A DNA stretch of 63,175 nucleotides, filler included, from Guillardia theta CCMP2712 (taxonomy: Eukaryota; Protista; Cryptophyta): NCBI RefSeq assembly GCF_000315625.1. It is 4 parts of 4 records of this genome, joined end to end, with 100 filler letters (N's around TTAATTAATTAA, not from the genome) between each part and the next. Parts side by side here need not be neighbours in the genome. Positions count along the whole stretch, not along the records: positions 24,364 to 44,350 come from NW_005434618.1; 3 more parts are not named here. One strand, written 5' to 3'. Shown in pieces: positions 25,833 to 38,267 of the stretch (positions are counted from its first letter, which is position 1; each line of letters opens with the position of its first letter). Under the pieces are notes generated by a model. It ran no database searches. It was not told the DNA's origin and worked only from the letters and a program-made list of their open reading frames with translations. Both the position numbers and the translations under genes were made by a program.

Positions 25833-27134
25833 TCAAACGGCCTCGGACTCCTGCATGGCAGAGAGCTGCTTGTTGAGGTCGGCGATCTGCTTCATCGTCG
25901 ACGAGATCTCCTGGTCCTTCTCGTGCACTTGCTCGTCCATCTCCCGGCTGTCGGGCAGCCTCCTCCCATCGTCATGGTGGTCCCAGCGAGGGTTCATGTA
26001 GTCTCCTTCCGCCCTCTTCCCCTTGCTCGGACGCATGAAATCTCCGTCCTCTGAATACTCCATGCGGCTCTCTCGCGTCTTCGACGGTCGGATCTGAGGG
26101 ACGACGTCACGATACCTGACGCTCTTGAGCTCATCGAGCCAGACGTCTCGCTTGTCCACCCCCAGCTGGAACTTGAGCAGGGCGAAGCCGTACACAGACT
26201 TGGCGGCGACGTCCATGATGACAGTCATCACGTGGGCTGCCAGCTGGGAGATGGCTCCGAACTCGGTGAGAAGCCAGAGGGCCGGGTAGCCGCACCAGAT
26301 GCTGAAGTAGAGGGTGAGGGAGAGCTTGAGAGGCGCTCGGATCTTCTTCGCGTCCTCGTTGAGAAACTGCTGGAACCGCGCGTAGACGAGGCGGATGATG
26401 CTGATCCACGTGAAGGCAAAGATGAAGCAGCCGAACATGAACCAGAGGTACCGCGCGGGAGGCTCGAACGCGTTGCNNNNNNNNNNNNNNNNNNNNNNNN
26501 NNNNNNNNNNNNNNNNNNNNNNNNNNNNNNNNNNNNNNNNNNNNNNNNNNNNNNNNNNNNNNNNNNNNNNNNNNNNATGCGATGGTCAATCCGACGAAGA
26601 GAGAGTAGGTGATCTTGTAGGGGAGGTTGAGCGACCACAGCAGATCCAGCGTCTGATGCAAAGGCAAGCACGTCAGTCGCGGCCATCCAGAAGCAGCGAG
26701 GTGAAGCGAGGAGCAGGAGCAAGGAGCAGGAGGAGCAAGGAAGAAGGAAGGAGAGTACATACCAGGATAGGACAGGTGAAGATGTAGTCCAGGTACTTGA
26801 AGTAGTTGACAGACAGAGAAAGGCCCATGTCATTGTTGAAGTGAGCGCAGATACGGCCCCAGTAGGTGATGGCAGCGATGAGGTTGACGTAGATGGAGAG
26901 GCACTTCTCTTCCCGGTAGCCGACGAAGAACTCTTGGTCGCCATCGGGGCCCTTGAACGACATGAGCTTGTACATGAGGGCGAGAGAGGCACCAAGAAGA
27001 CAAAGAAATCCCAGCCAATCAACTCCGATCACGGTCGGGTCGTGAAGATTGAAGTTTGGAAGGCGAGGATTGTTCCATCCTCCCATGCCATATTGCCAGT
27101 TGGGATCGGAGAGTGAAGGGGCAGACGTCGTCAT
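25833..27134 (-). CDS. CCR4: Bacteriorhodopsin-like (DTD) cation channelrhodopsin, cryptophyte BCCR family; appears to be GtCCR4
   Basis: Exon 27134-26763, intron 26762-26653, exon 26652-26577, N gap, then 26476-25833. Helix C reads FKYLDYIFTCPILTLDLLW, helix F WCGYPALW, and helix G MDVAAKSVYG with the retinal Lys. Seven hydrophobic segments precede a ~110 aa hydrophilic tail. Confidence 0.93.
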
Positions 27135-27561
27135 TCCCTACTTGAACGTTGTTGAGAGCAATATCGACGTGGTGAGAAGCTGCAGAAAGCAGCAAAGTAA
27201 GTGAAGCAGATGCCATGCTAGAGACGATTGACCTGAATTCCTGCTTCGAGAAGCACAAAGGATATCCGAAGTCACGTCCGGTACTGCTGTTACTCAAGTT
27301 TAGCGACAGCAGCATTCCTGCTCCAAGGCACAGGGTGCGATGTATGCATCGTTGGAACACACAGACGATGGGACATTTCAACATGCAAGAACAGGTGGTG
27401 GAGATGAAATGAGCAGCCAGATATCAGTGCGATCGAGAAGACCACAGCAGCATGAGAGGTGTGTCCAGCTATGAATTTATGTATGTACAATGGACGATCC
27501 TGGGTCAGTCGAATGGGAATTCATACAAACAATGCCTGCAGGAGGGAGAATGAGAGAGGAT

Positions 27562-27716
27562 GAGGAGCAAAAGGACTAGAGCAGCAGGACGGGAGGAGCA
27601 AGAGGACTAGAGCAGCAGGACGGGAGGAGCAAGAGGACTAGAGCAGCAGGACGGGAGGAGCAAGAGGACTAGAGCAGCAGGACGGGAGGAGCAAGAGGAC
27701 TAGAGCAGCAGGACGG
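27562..27716. repeat. 31-bp tandem repeat x5 (GAGGAGCAAGAGGACTAGAGCAGCAGGACGG) upstream of the rhodopsin
   Basis: Near-perfect copies are directly visible. Confidence 0.92.
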
Positions 27717-29107
27717 GAGCGATTCTTTCAGTGCAGGCAGCATTAACGAGGACGCAGCGAGCGGGAGCGGTGAGTCGCAGTGTGTAGAAACAAGAGGGGT
27801 AGGGGGTAGTTCGATATCCATAGGGGGTCCTATGAGAAAGGGGTATAGAGAAGGCCTGGGAGGGGTAGGGGGTGGATTTGTTTTTGGTCCCTTGGTACGG
27901 GGTAGGGTGATCTAGCTGATCTTCCATCGGGCTGCCGTCATGTCGGGGATCATGGACATAGAAGGGGTGGGGTAGGGCAAGTAGGTGCAGATGGTATCAG
28001 GGGGGGTAGGGGTTGTTTTTTGTTGGGTCATCATCTTACGTGGGGTCGTGATGGTGTTTCGTAGGGCCGGCGGCTCGACAACAAGGGTAGGGTGGTTAGA
28101 TGGGATTAGAAGGGGTAGGGGTTCATGGATGACTCCAGCAAGGGTGGGGGTACATGCATAACCCTAGGGATGTTGAACAGACCAGGACATGACACGAAGA
28201 TAGGGGTAGGGGGGTTGAGTTACTAGATGCTCGAAGGGGGTAGGGTGTAGAGAACCGATGAGGCGTGTAGAGGAGGGGTGGGTCAATCAATAAAATGCAT
28301 TGTACAGCCGAGGAACAAACCCCTCAAGGGGGTGGGTTAGGAGTTGACCGAGGGAGGGGTGTCTTCCTCTACTATCATGGGCCACCTGCACCACCTCTTT
28401 TAGGCTTGGCAGTTGCGAAAGATTCCCCTACCCTACCCACTGGGCCCCATACCAACTAGATGGGGGTACCCCACCCCACCCCCGTTCATCAGGCTGAGCC
28501 AGGGGACGCAGCGGCCTGTCGCGCTTGTTCCCAGGAGGCTTTTGAAGTTTACTCGCCATAAAACCATTAAGGCCCTACCCCTACCCCACCCCTCTCTCTA
28601 CCCTTTCCTACCCCTCCATAGTTTCAGTTGTCTCAGTGTCCCCTTTGCCCCCATTACTCGATACGGCCCAACCACCCACCCCTCTTCCTTCTGCAGGCCC
28701 TACCAGCACTTAGTACTTAACTTTGAGTAAAACTTTGCGGCCTCCCAACATTATTACTCATCACCCGGCCGGCCACTCGCCGAGTCGGAGCTTCAAGTCA
28801 GGCGGGGCCCCGGCCTCTACTCCAGCCATTGTCCTCGTACTACGGTACTGATTTTTAACTTAACATTGACTGAGTGAAGCATTTTACGTTGACAGTGATC
28901 CTTCACTGGAAGTTATCAAGACAGATGCGGGCTTCCGAAGTTCTCTCCGAAGTTCAAGTTCGGCGAGAAGCGAAAAGAAAGAGAGCCTTGAAGGTACTCA
29001 TCAGTTAACTAGTAAACTTTTCAGTGGAGGCCCGGCCCCGTGGCGGCATCCGAGTGACTCCAAAGTTGTCCTCGTACTGATTTTTAACTTAACTTTGAGT
29101 AAAGACT

Positions 29108-30455
29108 GATGGAACGTATGCCAGCCGTGCCAGTCAGATAGCGCCGAGTTAACAAAAACTCTCCTGTAAACCAAGACGACTTACGTGGCAGGCGGCCAAT
29201 GTAGCGTATGGGACGAAGAGGGGGTCTTTCCTAGCCGTCTTGCTAAGGTCCTCTCATGTCTGGATGCTTGGGTCTCACATCCTAGCATACAGTCTATCTC
29301 TCATGTGCTCCTCAATTCTGGTTTTGTGTGCATTAAACTCGGTCTTGAGCAAAAACTGTCTTGTTACCAACGAAGGTCGATGTGATGTCTGCGTGACTTT
29401 GGACTAGTACAAGTCTAACAAACTTGTATTCAGTCGGTTATGGGCCGCAAGTTGCTTAGGCCTCTCATCCCAGCCTCAATTTGTTTGATTGATCTTCGAA
29501 TAGGAAAAACAAGCCTTTCCCCAGCCAGATTGGTCGGTCGAATATCTGCTTAACCGTGTGGAAACGCACTTGAAGCTGATTCGATTCTTATTTTCTTGAT
29601 CTTTGAGTAGGATCACATGGAACTACCAGGAGATCTGGCGGAAGTTTCATGTCATGGAGCTAGGCTGTGGCATGCATAACTGGAGCTACTTCTGGATCGG
29701 CGAACAAGGTACAACTGCAAATTATCTTCAGATGCCTTGAAACGGATGTTCCAATCTCGCGGCAGCAATCTCTGGTCACAAGTTCTTTACGGTTCAAAAA
29801 TTTATCTTTTGGTCTTCAAATGCTGGCGAGCAAACTTCTCTCGTCTTCTCTTTTATTTTCTCTCTTCTCAGACACTCTTATCTTTACTCTATCTCTCTTC
29901 ATTGCATCCGCTCGCTATGCATCTCCTTTATCTCTTTACTGCACATCTAATAGCCCTGCATGAAAATCTTCTTCAGAATGGACAATCCTTGAATGGTTAT
30001 TGCCCACTCAGCATGACTGTGAACTTGAAGTTGTATCATCGTATCTTGACTTGGATCTGCTGACATTCTTGTTTGTGTGACTTTCTGCCGTCCGATGTAA
30101 CGTACTATTTCAGAAACTCGGGGGGAGGATGGAACGTATGCCAGCCGTGCCAGTCAGATAGCGCCGAGTTAACAAAAACTCTCCTGTAAACCAAGACGAC
30201 TTACGTGGCAGGCGGCCAATGTAGCGTATGGGACGAAGAGGGGGTCTTTCCTAGCCGTCTTGCTAAGGTCCTCTCATGTCTGGATGCTTGGGTCTCACAT
30301 CCTAGCATACAGTCTATCTCTCATGTGCTCCTCAATTCTGGTTTTGTGTGCATTAAACTCGGTCTTGAGCAAAAACTGTCTTGTTACCAACGAAGGTCGA
30401 TGTGATGTCTGCGTGACTTTGGACTAGTACAAGTCTAACAAACTTGTATTCCGTC
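29108..30455 (+). mobile_element. Non-autonomous TRIM-like LTR element (328-bp LTRs, ~690-bp non-coding core)
   Basis: LTRs at 29108-29435 and 30128-30455 are identical except for one base. Copia-type PBS GGTTATGGGCC at 29436-29446, [11 protein letters not shown] before the 3' LTR, and a flanking duplication AAAGACT. Confidence 0.92.
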
Positions 30456-31031
30456 AAAGACTCCAAGGAGGTGCAGCCTGAGGAGCAGGAAGTACCGTAC
30501 CGGGCCGGCGGCGCGGCTCATCAAGTTAAAGAGACCGGCCGCGCGTCCGACTGGCACGGCCCAGTATTCTTGCAGTGCCCCGCGGCCCAGAACGGAGCTT
30601 CAGTTTGCCAAGCGGGTATCACTGACGGTCACCCGTGAGTTTTGGGGGCCGCTGTGTTTAAGGGTCTGTCATGTCTCCTGTCGCCGTATGGCCTGTGCGA
30701 CAGTAGTGTCAGAACGGTCAAGCCTCCCAGGCTCTACCGTACTCTCCTGATTGTCCTCGTTATGATTTAACTGGCTTTGACTAAAGTAGCTTGTGCCTCA
30801 CCGATCCGATCGGAGGCCGCAGAATGCCGCAGGAACGGTCAACTTCTATAGTCAGACTGATCGGATAGCACGGGCGAGACATCGCTAGTATCTTTAATCA
30901 ATGTGGTGCGAACTGATTTCCATCAAGCGTCCAAACCCGAACCGTGTGACTGATTTCAAGTTTCTTGCTCAATCAGTAAAGTTGCGTCATCAAGACTCTA
31001 TGCCGGGGCAAGTTTGGCTTCAGGATCGCCT

Positions 31032-32144
31032 TTAGGGTCCATCCTGCAGCTGCGTCGCGGCTTCTGCGTCCTTGGCTTCAGTCCATGCTTTCCAGAGCAA
31101 CGACTTCTCAAGCAGGCGGACTTCCATCTCCTTCACTTGATAGTAACTCGGTAGCAATCTGATGTTCTCGATGCAGTCACGGAGGTTGTGCGCTTTGCTC
31201 GTGACTCCTGCACTGAGGGCGAGGTCGACATGAAGAAAGTGGACATGCAGGTGCCAGAAAGTTGGAAGGTAGTGTATGTGAACGATAAGTTTGTCTGGGG
31301 TAACGCCATACTTCTCCAGTATGGCACCGCAGCCTTGGTGGTATATGTTCTGAAGCAAGTCGAGGTTCTCGTCGTTCAGTGAACGTAGACACACCAAGTC
31401 TTTCCGGTTCACAATGGCGAGGCAGTATAAGTTAGAAACGTTGGTCTGGTCCCATTTCAAATCTGGGAGTAGCACAAACCCGTCTCGAGGATCATTGTTA
31501 TGGTAGATAATTCTCTCCTGCTCCGCAGATCCATCCAAAATGTTGTGAACCCATTGTATCCGACGGCCTCTCTCGTTCTCCTCTACGAATGGAAGGACGA
31601 CATTCTTGTAGATGTCCACGGTCTCCCACAAGACATGTATCTCATCCTTTCGATACTTGTTGATTTGTTGATCAGTGGCAGGGAAGATAGTGTCACACTT
31701 GATTGCATTGAGAGCAGGAGGTACTTGTAGGTTGTAGACGCAGTACTCAGCGTTCTGGAAGTCAAGCTTGTACTCGGCTCCGGCATTGGGTGCTAGCATT
31801 CTTTTCACGTCTTCGACATCGAAGGGTTTTTTCTCTAGGAGAACGACAGCCTTGCCCTCCTTACCCGGGATCCTAGCTTGCACAGCTATCCACTTCCTCC
31901 AAGGACTTACATCCAGCACTTCCTCCACCTCCAGCCCCTGCATGCCTGCTCCCACGCCTACGACTGCTTCCCGGCAACCAGATTGAAACCCACCCTACCC
32001 CTCCAAATAAAATTTCCTTCAACACCCCTGTATTTCCCTTTCAAATCACCCCACCATCTACGGTATTTCTCAGCCCCAGACCTCTCCACCCCCTTTATCT
32101 GTACCTTCAACACACGCCAGGTCCGCCTCGATGTTTTCCCTCAT
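31032..32144 (-). CDS. DCPS: m7GpppX diphosphatase (scavenger decapping enzyme)
   Basis: AVVLLEKKPF, TIFPATDQQINKY, QWVHNILDG..EQERII, GFVLLPDLKWD, HIT motif HYLPTFWHLHVHF. A short first exon at 32144-32105 is inferred. Confidence 0.93.
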
Positions 32145-32787
32145 AGTTCTTGTAACGATATGTAACGCATTTTGAAACGATGGTAACGGGCAATTCGACA
32201 CCTGTCCTGGGCTTGCAATGCAATCGAGGATACAAATGGGCGAGGAAGGGAGGGTAGGCGCGAAGACCATGCTCGTACACGACAGAATCAGGGCATCAAG
32301 CATGCACATATGATTGAGGGAGCAAGGGGAGAGGATAGAGAAGGGGAGGGAGGGAGTGGGGAGGGGGAGAGGAGTTGCGTAAAGACGAGGTAATTGTATG
32401 TAGAGGCAAGAGTCAGCTACCAGCAGGCAAGTTGGAAACAGTGAAGGAACGAGAGAAGTAGTCCCTTCAGAGGAGCGTTATATGAAAGAAGTCGAAAGGA
32501 GGTGCGGAGAAGGTCAGGCAACCATTCAAATGAGGGAAGAATCCTTGGTTATGAGATTCAGAGCTTCTGTTTCATTAGTTCTCCGAGTGTGTGATGTATA
32601 TGAAAGGGAGAATGTTACGTACAGGTTCAGTAGATAGTGTTGATAAGAGGTGCTGTTTTTTTATGCACTTCATGTGAAACCTTTCACTTTCAAACTGTTT
32701 CGGACGGTTTCGTGGTCCAAACTGGAAGATAGAATTTGACTTATCTTGGTTTCTTGTGTTGTCAGGCGTTGATCGAAACTCTTTGGG

Positions 32788-33602
32788 ATGGGAGACTCTG
32801 ACTACAGTTTCTCTCTCACTACCTTCTCTCCATCTGGCAAGTTGGTACAGATTGAGTATGCCTTGAATGCGGTGGCGGCGGGTAGCACCTCGCTCGGGAT
32901 TAAAGGTGAGACCAACGTTGCTTCATGTTCTTTCCTGCGATAATCGTTTGACTTTGGTTCCAGCAACAAATGGGGTTGTTGTAGCGACAGAGAAGAAGGT
33001 TAGTTCTCCTCTAGTGGATGAATCAATGGTGAAGAAGATTGCGGAGATCGACAATCACATTGGAATGGTTTATTCGGGAATGGGACCTGACTCTAGAGTG
33101 CTTGTGGCCAAGGCACGGAAAATTGCGCAGAAATACATGTTGACATATGGTGAACCGATCCCCACCAACCAGCTGGTGAGAGAGATCGCGTCGGTGATGC
33201 AGGAATTCACGCAGTCGGGAGGAGTTCGACCCTTCGGAGTCTCCCTACTCATCATCGGGTCGGACGACAAGGGCCCGATGCTGTATCAGGTCGACCCTTC
33301 TGGCTCTTACTGGCCATGGAAGGCTTGCGCCATCGGCAAGAACATGGTCAACGCAAAGACGTGAGTGAAGAAGAGGTTGTTCTGTGATGAGTGACCGTTT
33401 GTACATCAGTTTCTTGGAGAAGAGGTATAACGATGATATCGAACTGGAAGACGCGATACATACAGCTATCCTAACGCTCAAAGAAGGCTTCGAAGGCCAG
33501 ATCTCTGAGAACAACATCGAAATCGGAATTGTAAATGACCAGAAGAAGTTTCGCGTCCTTACGGCAGCTGAGATCCTCGATTACCTCGGGGAAGTAGAGT
33601 GA
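32788..33602 (+). CDS. PSMA2: 20S proteasome subunit alpha type 2
   Basis: [56 protein letters not shown]...[18 protein letters not shown]. Two short introns. Divergent from DCPS. Confidence 0.97.
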
Positions 33603-33801
33603 GAGGTGGCGTTGCTTGATGGGAGGACGAATTGGATGATAAAATTCAGTCAAACACAGGCTCTGCATTCTCCTTCTCCTCCTGCCGCTTCTCCTCTTGC
33701 TTGTCGTGATCCTCAAACTCTTCCTGGCCAGTTCCCAGCACGGATTGCAAGTTGGAATCGAGCTGGCCAAGTGACTGCATCAACGTACTGAAGGAGCTTT
33801 C

Positions 33802-36800
33802 TCAGTCTCTCGTTCTGGTTCCTTCTCTTGTCTCAGCTCCCTCGTCCTCTGTGCTGCAAGCAGCTCGATCTTCTTCCTTCTCGTCGTGTTCTGTCGCTGC
33901 CTTCAGTTTCACACTCGATGCCACGTCGTCGTTCTCTTCCTCTTCCTCTTCCTCGTCCTCGTCCTCGTCCTCGTCCTCTGACTCCCCTCTGTCTTCTTCG
34001 TCCCCCTTGTCGCCTCGTGTCCTTCTGTCGTAGATGTACTTGCACCACTTGTGGAAGGCTCTGCCCTCAGGCGACGAGAAGCGGCTGGTCTTGGGCCCGA
34101 GGCTGCTCGTGGGGACGTCGCAGGTCTCCTTGCGGAGGCTCTTCCACACGGAGAAGCAGAGCGCGACTTGGTCAGCCCACAAGTTGCAGAGGAGCGACTG
34201 CCCCTGCTCCCTCATCCTCCTCTGCTCCTGCGCCGCCTCCTTCCACCTGCTGAAGGAGGCGATGGAGCGCCGGAGGGTGAGGAGGCGGTTGATCTTGAGC
34301 TGAGCGGAGCGGCGGGAGAATCTGGTGCTGATGCTGACTGTGAGCATGGAGTCGAGAGCGAGCATGGCCGGGATGGAGTGGCCGACCCGCTGGATCTTGC
34401 AGAGGGCGTTGACGGCAGCTCTGTGAGGAGAGTCAAGAGAGGAGGAAGGGAAGCGAGAGGATGCGGGAGACTGGGGTGAGAGGAGGGAACTACAGCTCGA
34501 GAGAAGCCAAGGAAGGGAGGGAGCCGGGGAGGGAGGGAGGGGAGGGGAGAGATCTTACTTCAGGTAGGCGAGTTTTGGAATCTTGAGAGAGGCAGCGCTT
34601 CTTAGCCTCCTGGCTCCTTGTCATCCTCCATTCACACCCTCCCAGCCCTCTCGCCCTTCTCCTCCTCGCATTACCGGAGCGCGAAGACAGCCTTGGCTAG
34701 AGTGAAGGAGGCGGAGAAGGCGTCAACCTGGGCTGGTGGTGAGCAGCGGGAGGAGAGGGGGAGGCAGAGTCACGTCGCCGAGCAGCATGCCGTTCTGACG
34801 CATGGAGGAGATCTGACTAGGACATGGGGCGAAGGAGGATTCCTGCAGCGAGTCGACGGAGATCTTGGCGAACACCTTGAAGGGCCTGAGGAGGAGGAAG
34901 AGGGTGAGGCTGAGACAGGAGAAGCCAAGAGGGAGGGGGGGGGGATGGATGAGAATGTGGACAGGAGGAGGGAGGAGGGAGGGAGGAGGGAGAAGCTTAC
35001 CTTGCTCGATCGTTCCCTTCCTCCTGCTCCGCGAGGGTCTCGAGGATGTCGCGGATGTCGGAGAGGAGGGAGATCCGCTCGGAGTCAGGGAGGCAGGTGC
35101 CGGTGAAGGACAGCTTCAGTCCTACTGCGAACTTCTCGTGCTGACTCCTCTTGCACCTCCTCTCCCACGCGTCCAGCACATCCAAGGACGTCGTCTTCCT
35201 CAGCGTGCTGAACTTCTTGCTTTCGATGGTCTCCTTGTTGGACACCCACACGCACGTCTCCTGCTCGTATCGCTGCGCGATGTTGATGTAGCGAGCAAAG
35301 AGCAGCTTCTTCTCCTGCACCAGCCCCATGAAGGTCGCCCGCCTCCTCATCCTCATCTCCTCCTCCGAGTAGATGTCTCCGTCCTGCAACGTGAGCTGCT
35401 TCTCGTCATCAAGGCTCCTCAGACTCTCTTGGCTCCTCTCCCTCTCTGACTCGCTCAAGGCTCCCGCCATCTCCTCCTCCTCCTCCGAAGACGAGGACGA
35501 GGACGAGGACGAGGACGAGTCGTCCATTGCAGGAGCAGCGTCTGCCTTGGCATCGGGAATGACGATCTGAGAGCCCGAGGAGGGGGGGGGAGCAGCTCCT
35601 TCTCCCTCCGCTAGCTCCCAGGTGATCTCCGGGAACCTCTCGAAGAGGAGGAGGAGGAGATTCTTCGCCCTCGTGTAGAACTGCGGCCCCGCTCCCTCCT
35701 CCGCCACCTGACGCTGCGACTTCCCCGAGCCCTTCCTGCTCAACTTTCTGCTCCTCAGTTTCGGTCTGCCTCCTCCTCCTCCTCCTCCTCTTGTTCCTGT
35801 TCCTTCTCCTCCTCCCCTTGTTCCTGCTCCCGCTCCCGCATTTGCTCCTGCTCCTCTTTTCTTCACTTTCGTTTCTCCTGCTCTCTCTGCTACTCTCTCT
35901 CGCTCTGAGCTGACGTGCTTAAATCTGCTCCCGAGGGTCTTCTGGAAGACTTCTTCCAGGGAGTCTCGAGCTGGCGGCTCGTGCTCGTAGATGGAGCTAA
36001 GGAAAGAGCTGTAGGCGGAGACGACGGCAGGAGTGATGGAGGACCGAAAGCTCTTGTGTTGGAAGAGCGCGTCGACCTCTTCAACCATCCTCATCTCCTC
36101 CATGGCAGCGTGACAGTCTTGATGCTCCGCTAGCGCAGCTCCCAGCTCCATGCTTTCCTTCAACGTCCTCCCCGCTCCTCCCTTGAGCCGCCTGCTCTTC
36201 TCCTCCACGCAGCTCTGCATGATGAGGAGGAGGGTCTGCAGGAGACCTCGCGCGAGCATCTTGTGCCGCAGCTGCTTGAAGTCGGCGCAGCAGGAGAGCG
36301 CGAAGAGCGAGTCTGTCGGGTGATGCCTGAGCCTCTCGAGGAAGAAGCGGAGGAGAGGACGTGCGAGCTGCGAGTGCGGAGAGAGGAGGAGCGAGCGAGT
36401 CTCCTTGCAGCGTAGGGAGGAAGTGAAGACAGCAGCAGCGCCGCGCGAGACTTCGGGAGAGGAGGAGAGGAGGAGGCAACTGAGTCGCTTGAAGACGCCG
36501 AGCTCGAGCAGAGGCTGATGGAACTGCTTGAGTCTGGAGAGAGGAAGGAGGACCCCTGCCACCACCTGCCGCTCCACCTCCTGATGCTCCTCGAGCTCGC
36601 AGGCACAAAGGATGTCAGCGATGGTGCGGAGGTTCTCGAGAAGGAGGAAGAGGGAGGAGCGGGACCAGGACCGGATCGCCTCCTCCCTCTCCCTCCCTGT
36701 CAGGACGCGATCATGGAGGATGGGAACGTGGTTGGCGTAGGCGTCCTGGTAGCGTTTGAGGTGCTCGGCGAAGTCGGGATGGATCTGACTGAAGATGGCG

Positions 36801-38219
36801 AGGTCGCAGCGCGAGAGCTCCAGGAGCTGGCAGGGGCTCATGGCGATGGCGGTGGAGGGACGCGGGTCGCTGAGGAAGAGGTGGGAGACGCCGAAGCTGT
36901 CCTGAGGGCCGAGAATGGCGATCTCCTGCGATGAGGTGAGGGATCAGTGGAGGAGGAGCGGAGGAGGAGCAGAGGAGGACGAGCAAGATGTAGTGGAGGA
37001 GGAGCAAGAGGAGCAAGAGGACGTCGAGGAGGAAGAGGAGGAGGAGGAGGAGGAGGAGGAGGAGGAGGAGGAGCAAGAGGAGGAGGAGGAGCAAGAGGAG
37101 GAGGAGGAGGTGATGGTGGTGGGGCAGGAGGAGGAGGAGGAGGATGGATTTTCTTGCTAACCTTCATCTCGCTGCTGTCCTTCTTAGACACGAGGACTCT
37201 GACGTGGCCGGACAGGATGATAAAGCAGGAGGTCGCTCGCTCCCCTGACGCACGATCACCGCCTCCTCCTCCACCTCATGGAACGCGGCGAGTTTGAGCA
37301 GCTGCAAGCAGCCCTCCTGACTCATCCACTTGAAGGGTCTGCTCTCCCCGGCCTTCCCCAGCACCTCCATGCCCTGCTGCTGCTGCTGCTGCGGGATGAG
37401 AAGGCTGCCGAGCCTGAGGGAGTGGAGGAGGACGGACGAGAGGCAGAGGAGGCTCCTGCGCGTGACCTCCTCCTTGTACGGGGAGGAGGGAGGGAGAAGG
37501 CAGGAGAGCAGGACGTCTGGGAAGTGGAAGGTGAGGAGGAGGTCGAGGGACATGCTGTGAATTGTCTTGATCCTCTCACTGCTGTTCGCCCCGGTGATGA
37601 TGCAGAACCCCTCCAGCAGCATGCTCAGCGTCTGACTCTCCGCCCGCTGCTCCTCCCTCCTCCTCTTCGTCACGCTGAGATCGTCCCCTTGAAGCTTGCT
37701 GGCCAGCTGCTGCATCAGACGGAGGACTTCGACGATCCCGTTGGAGGAGGAAGAGGAGGAGGAGAGGGAGGAGGAGGAAGAGAGCTTCATGTTGTGTCCC
37801 CGAAGGCTGGACCACATGACCTGCCGCTTGTCTGCAGCAGTCGAGAGGTCGCGGAAGAGACGAGCAGCTCTTAGAGAGCACTCAAGGTCTCCCCCTCCGA
37901 TGAACTTTGACAGGCCTGTGAGGATGCTATCTGAAAACCTCTCGTTGCTCTCCACCTGCCCTCTCAGTGTCAGACCTCCTCCTCCTCCTCCTCCTCCTCC
38001 TCCTCCTCCCCCTCGCTCTCTGTCGACTTGCCTGCGAGTGGAGGAGGGCGGCTGAGAGCAGCTGGAGGGCTTCGAGCCTCACGGAGGAGGAGGAGGAGGA
38101 GGAGCATCTGACTGTCAGTCGGAGACCCTCCGAGTTGATGAACTCCTTGCTCGCATCGCTGCTTGCTCGCACCAGCTCCTCCAACGCCCTCAGACAGTCA
38201 ACCTGCGCCCCGTCAGCCC

Positions 38220-38267
<48 letters not shown>

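Noticed and set aside
25833-27134. Rhodopsin as a proton pump or an anion channelrhodopsin
   Set aside because: Asp at the D85 position argues against an ACR. Lys at the R82 position, the TCP motif and the long tail fit cryptophyte cation channels better than pumps, though only electrophysiology is decisive.
27562-27716. 31-bp repeats as a CRISPR array
   Set aside because: The copies are head-to-tail with no unique spacers, there are no cas genes, and the context is eukaryotic.
29185-30405. Duplicated 66-aa ORF
   Set aside because: It is an incidental ORF inside the two identical LTRs and has no coding signature.
24428-33602. Functional gene cluster around the rhodopsin
   Set aside because: The neighbours (WDR46, DcpS, PSMA2) are unrelated housekeeping genes, and no retinal-synthesis or transducer genes were seen.
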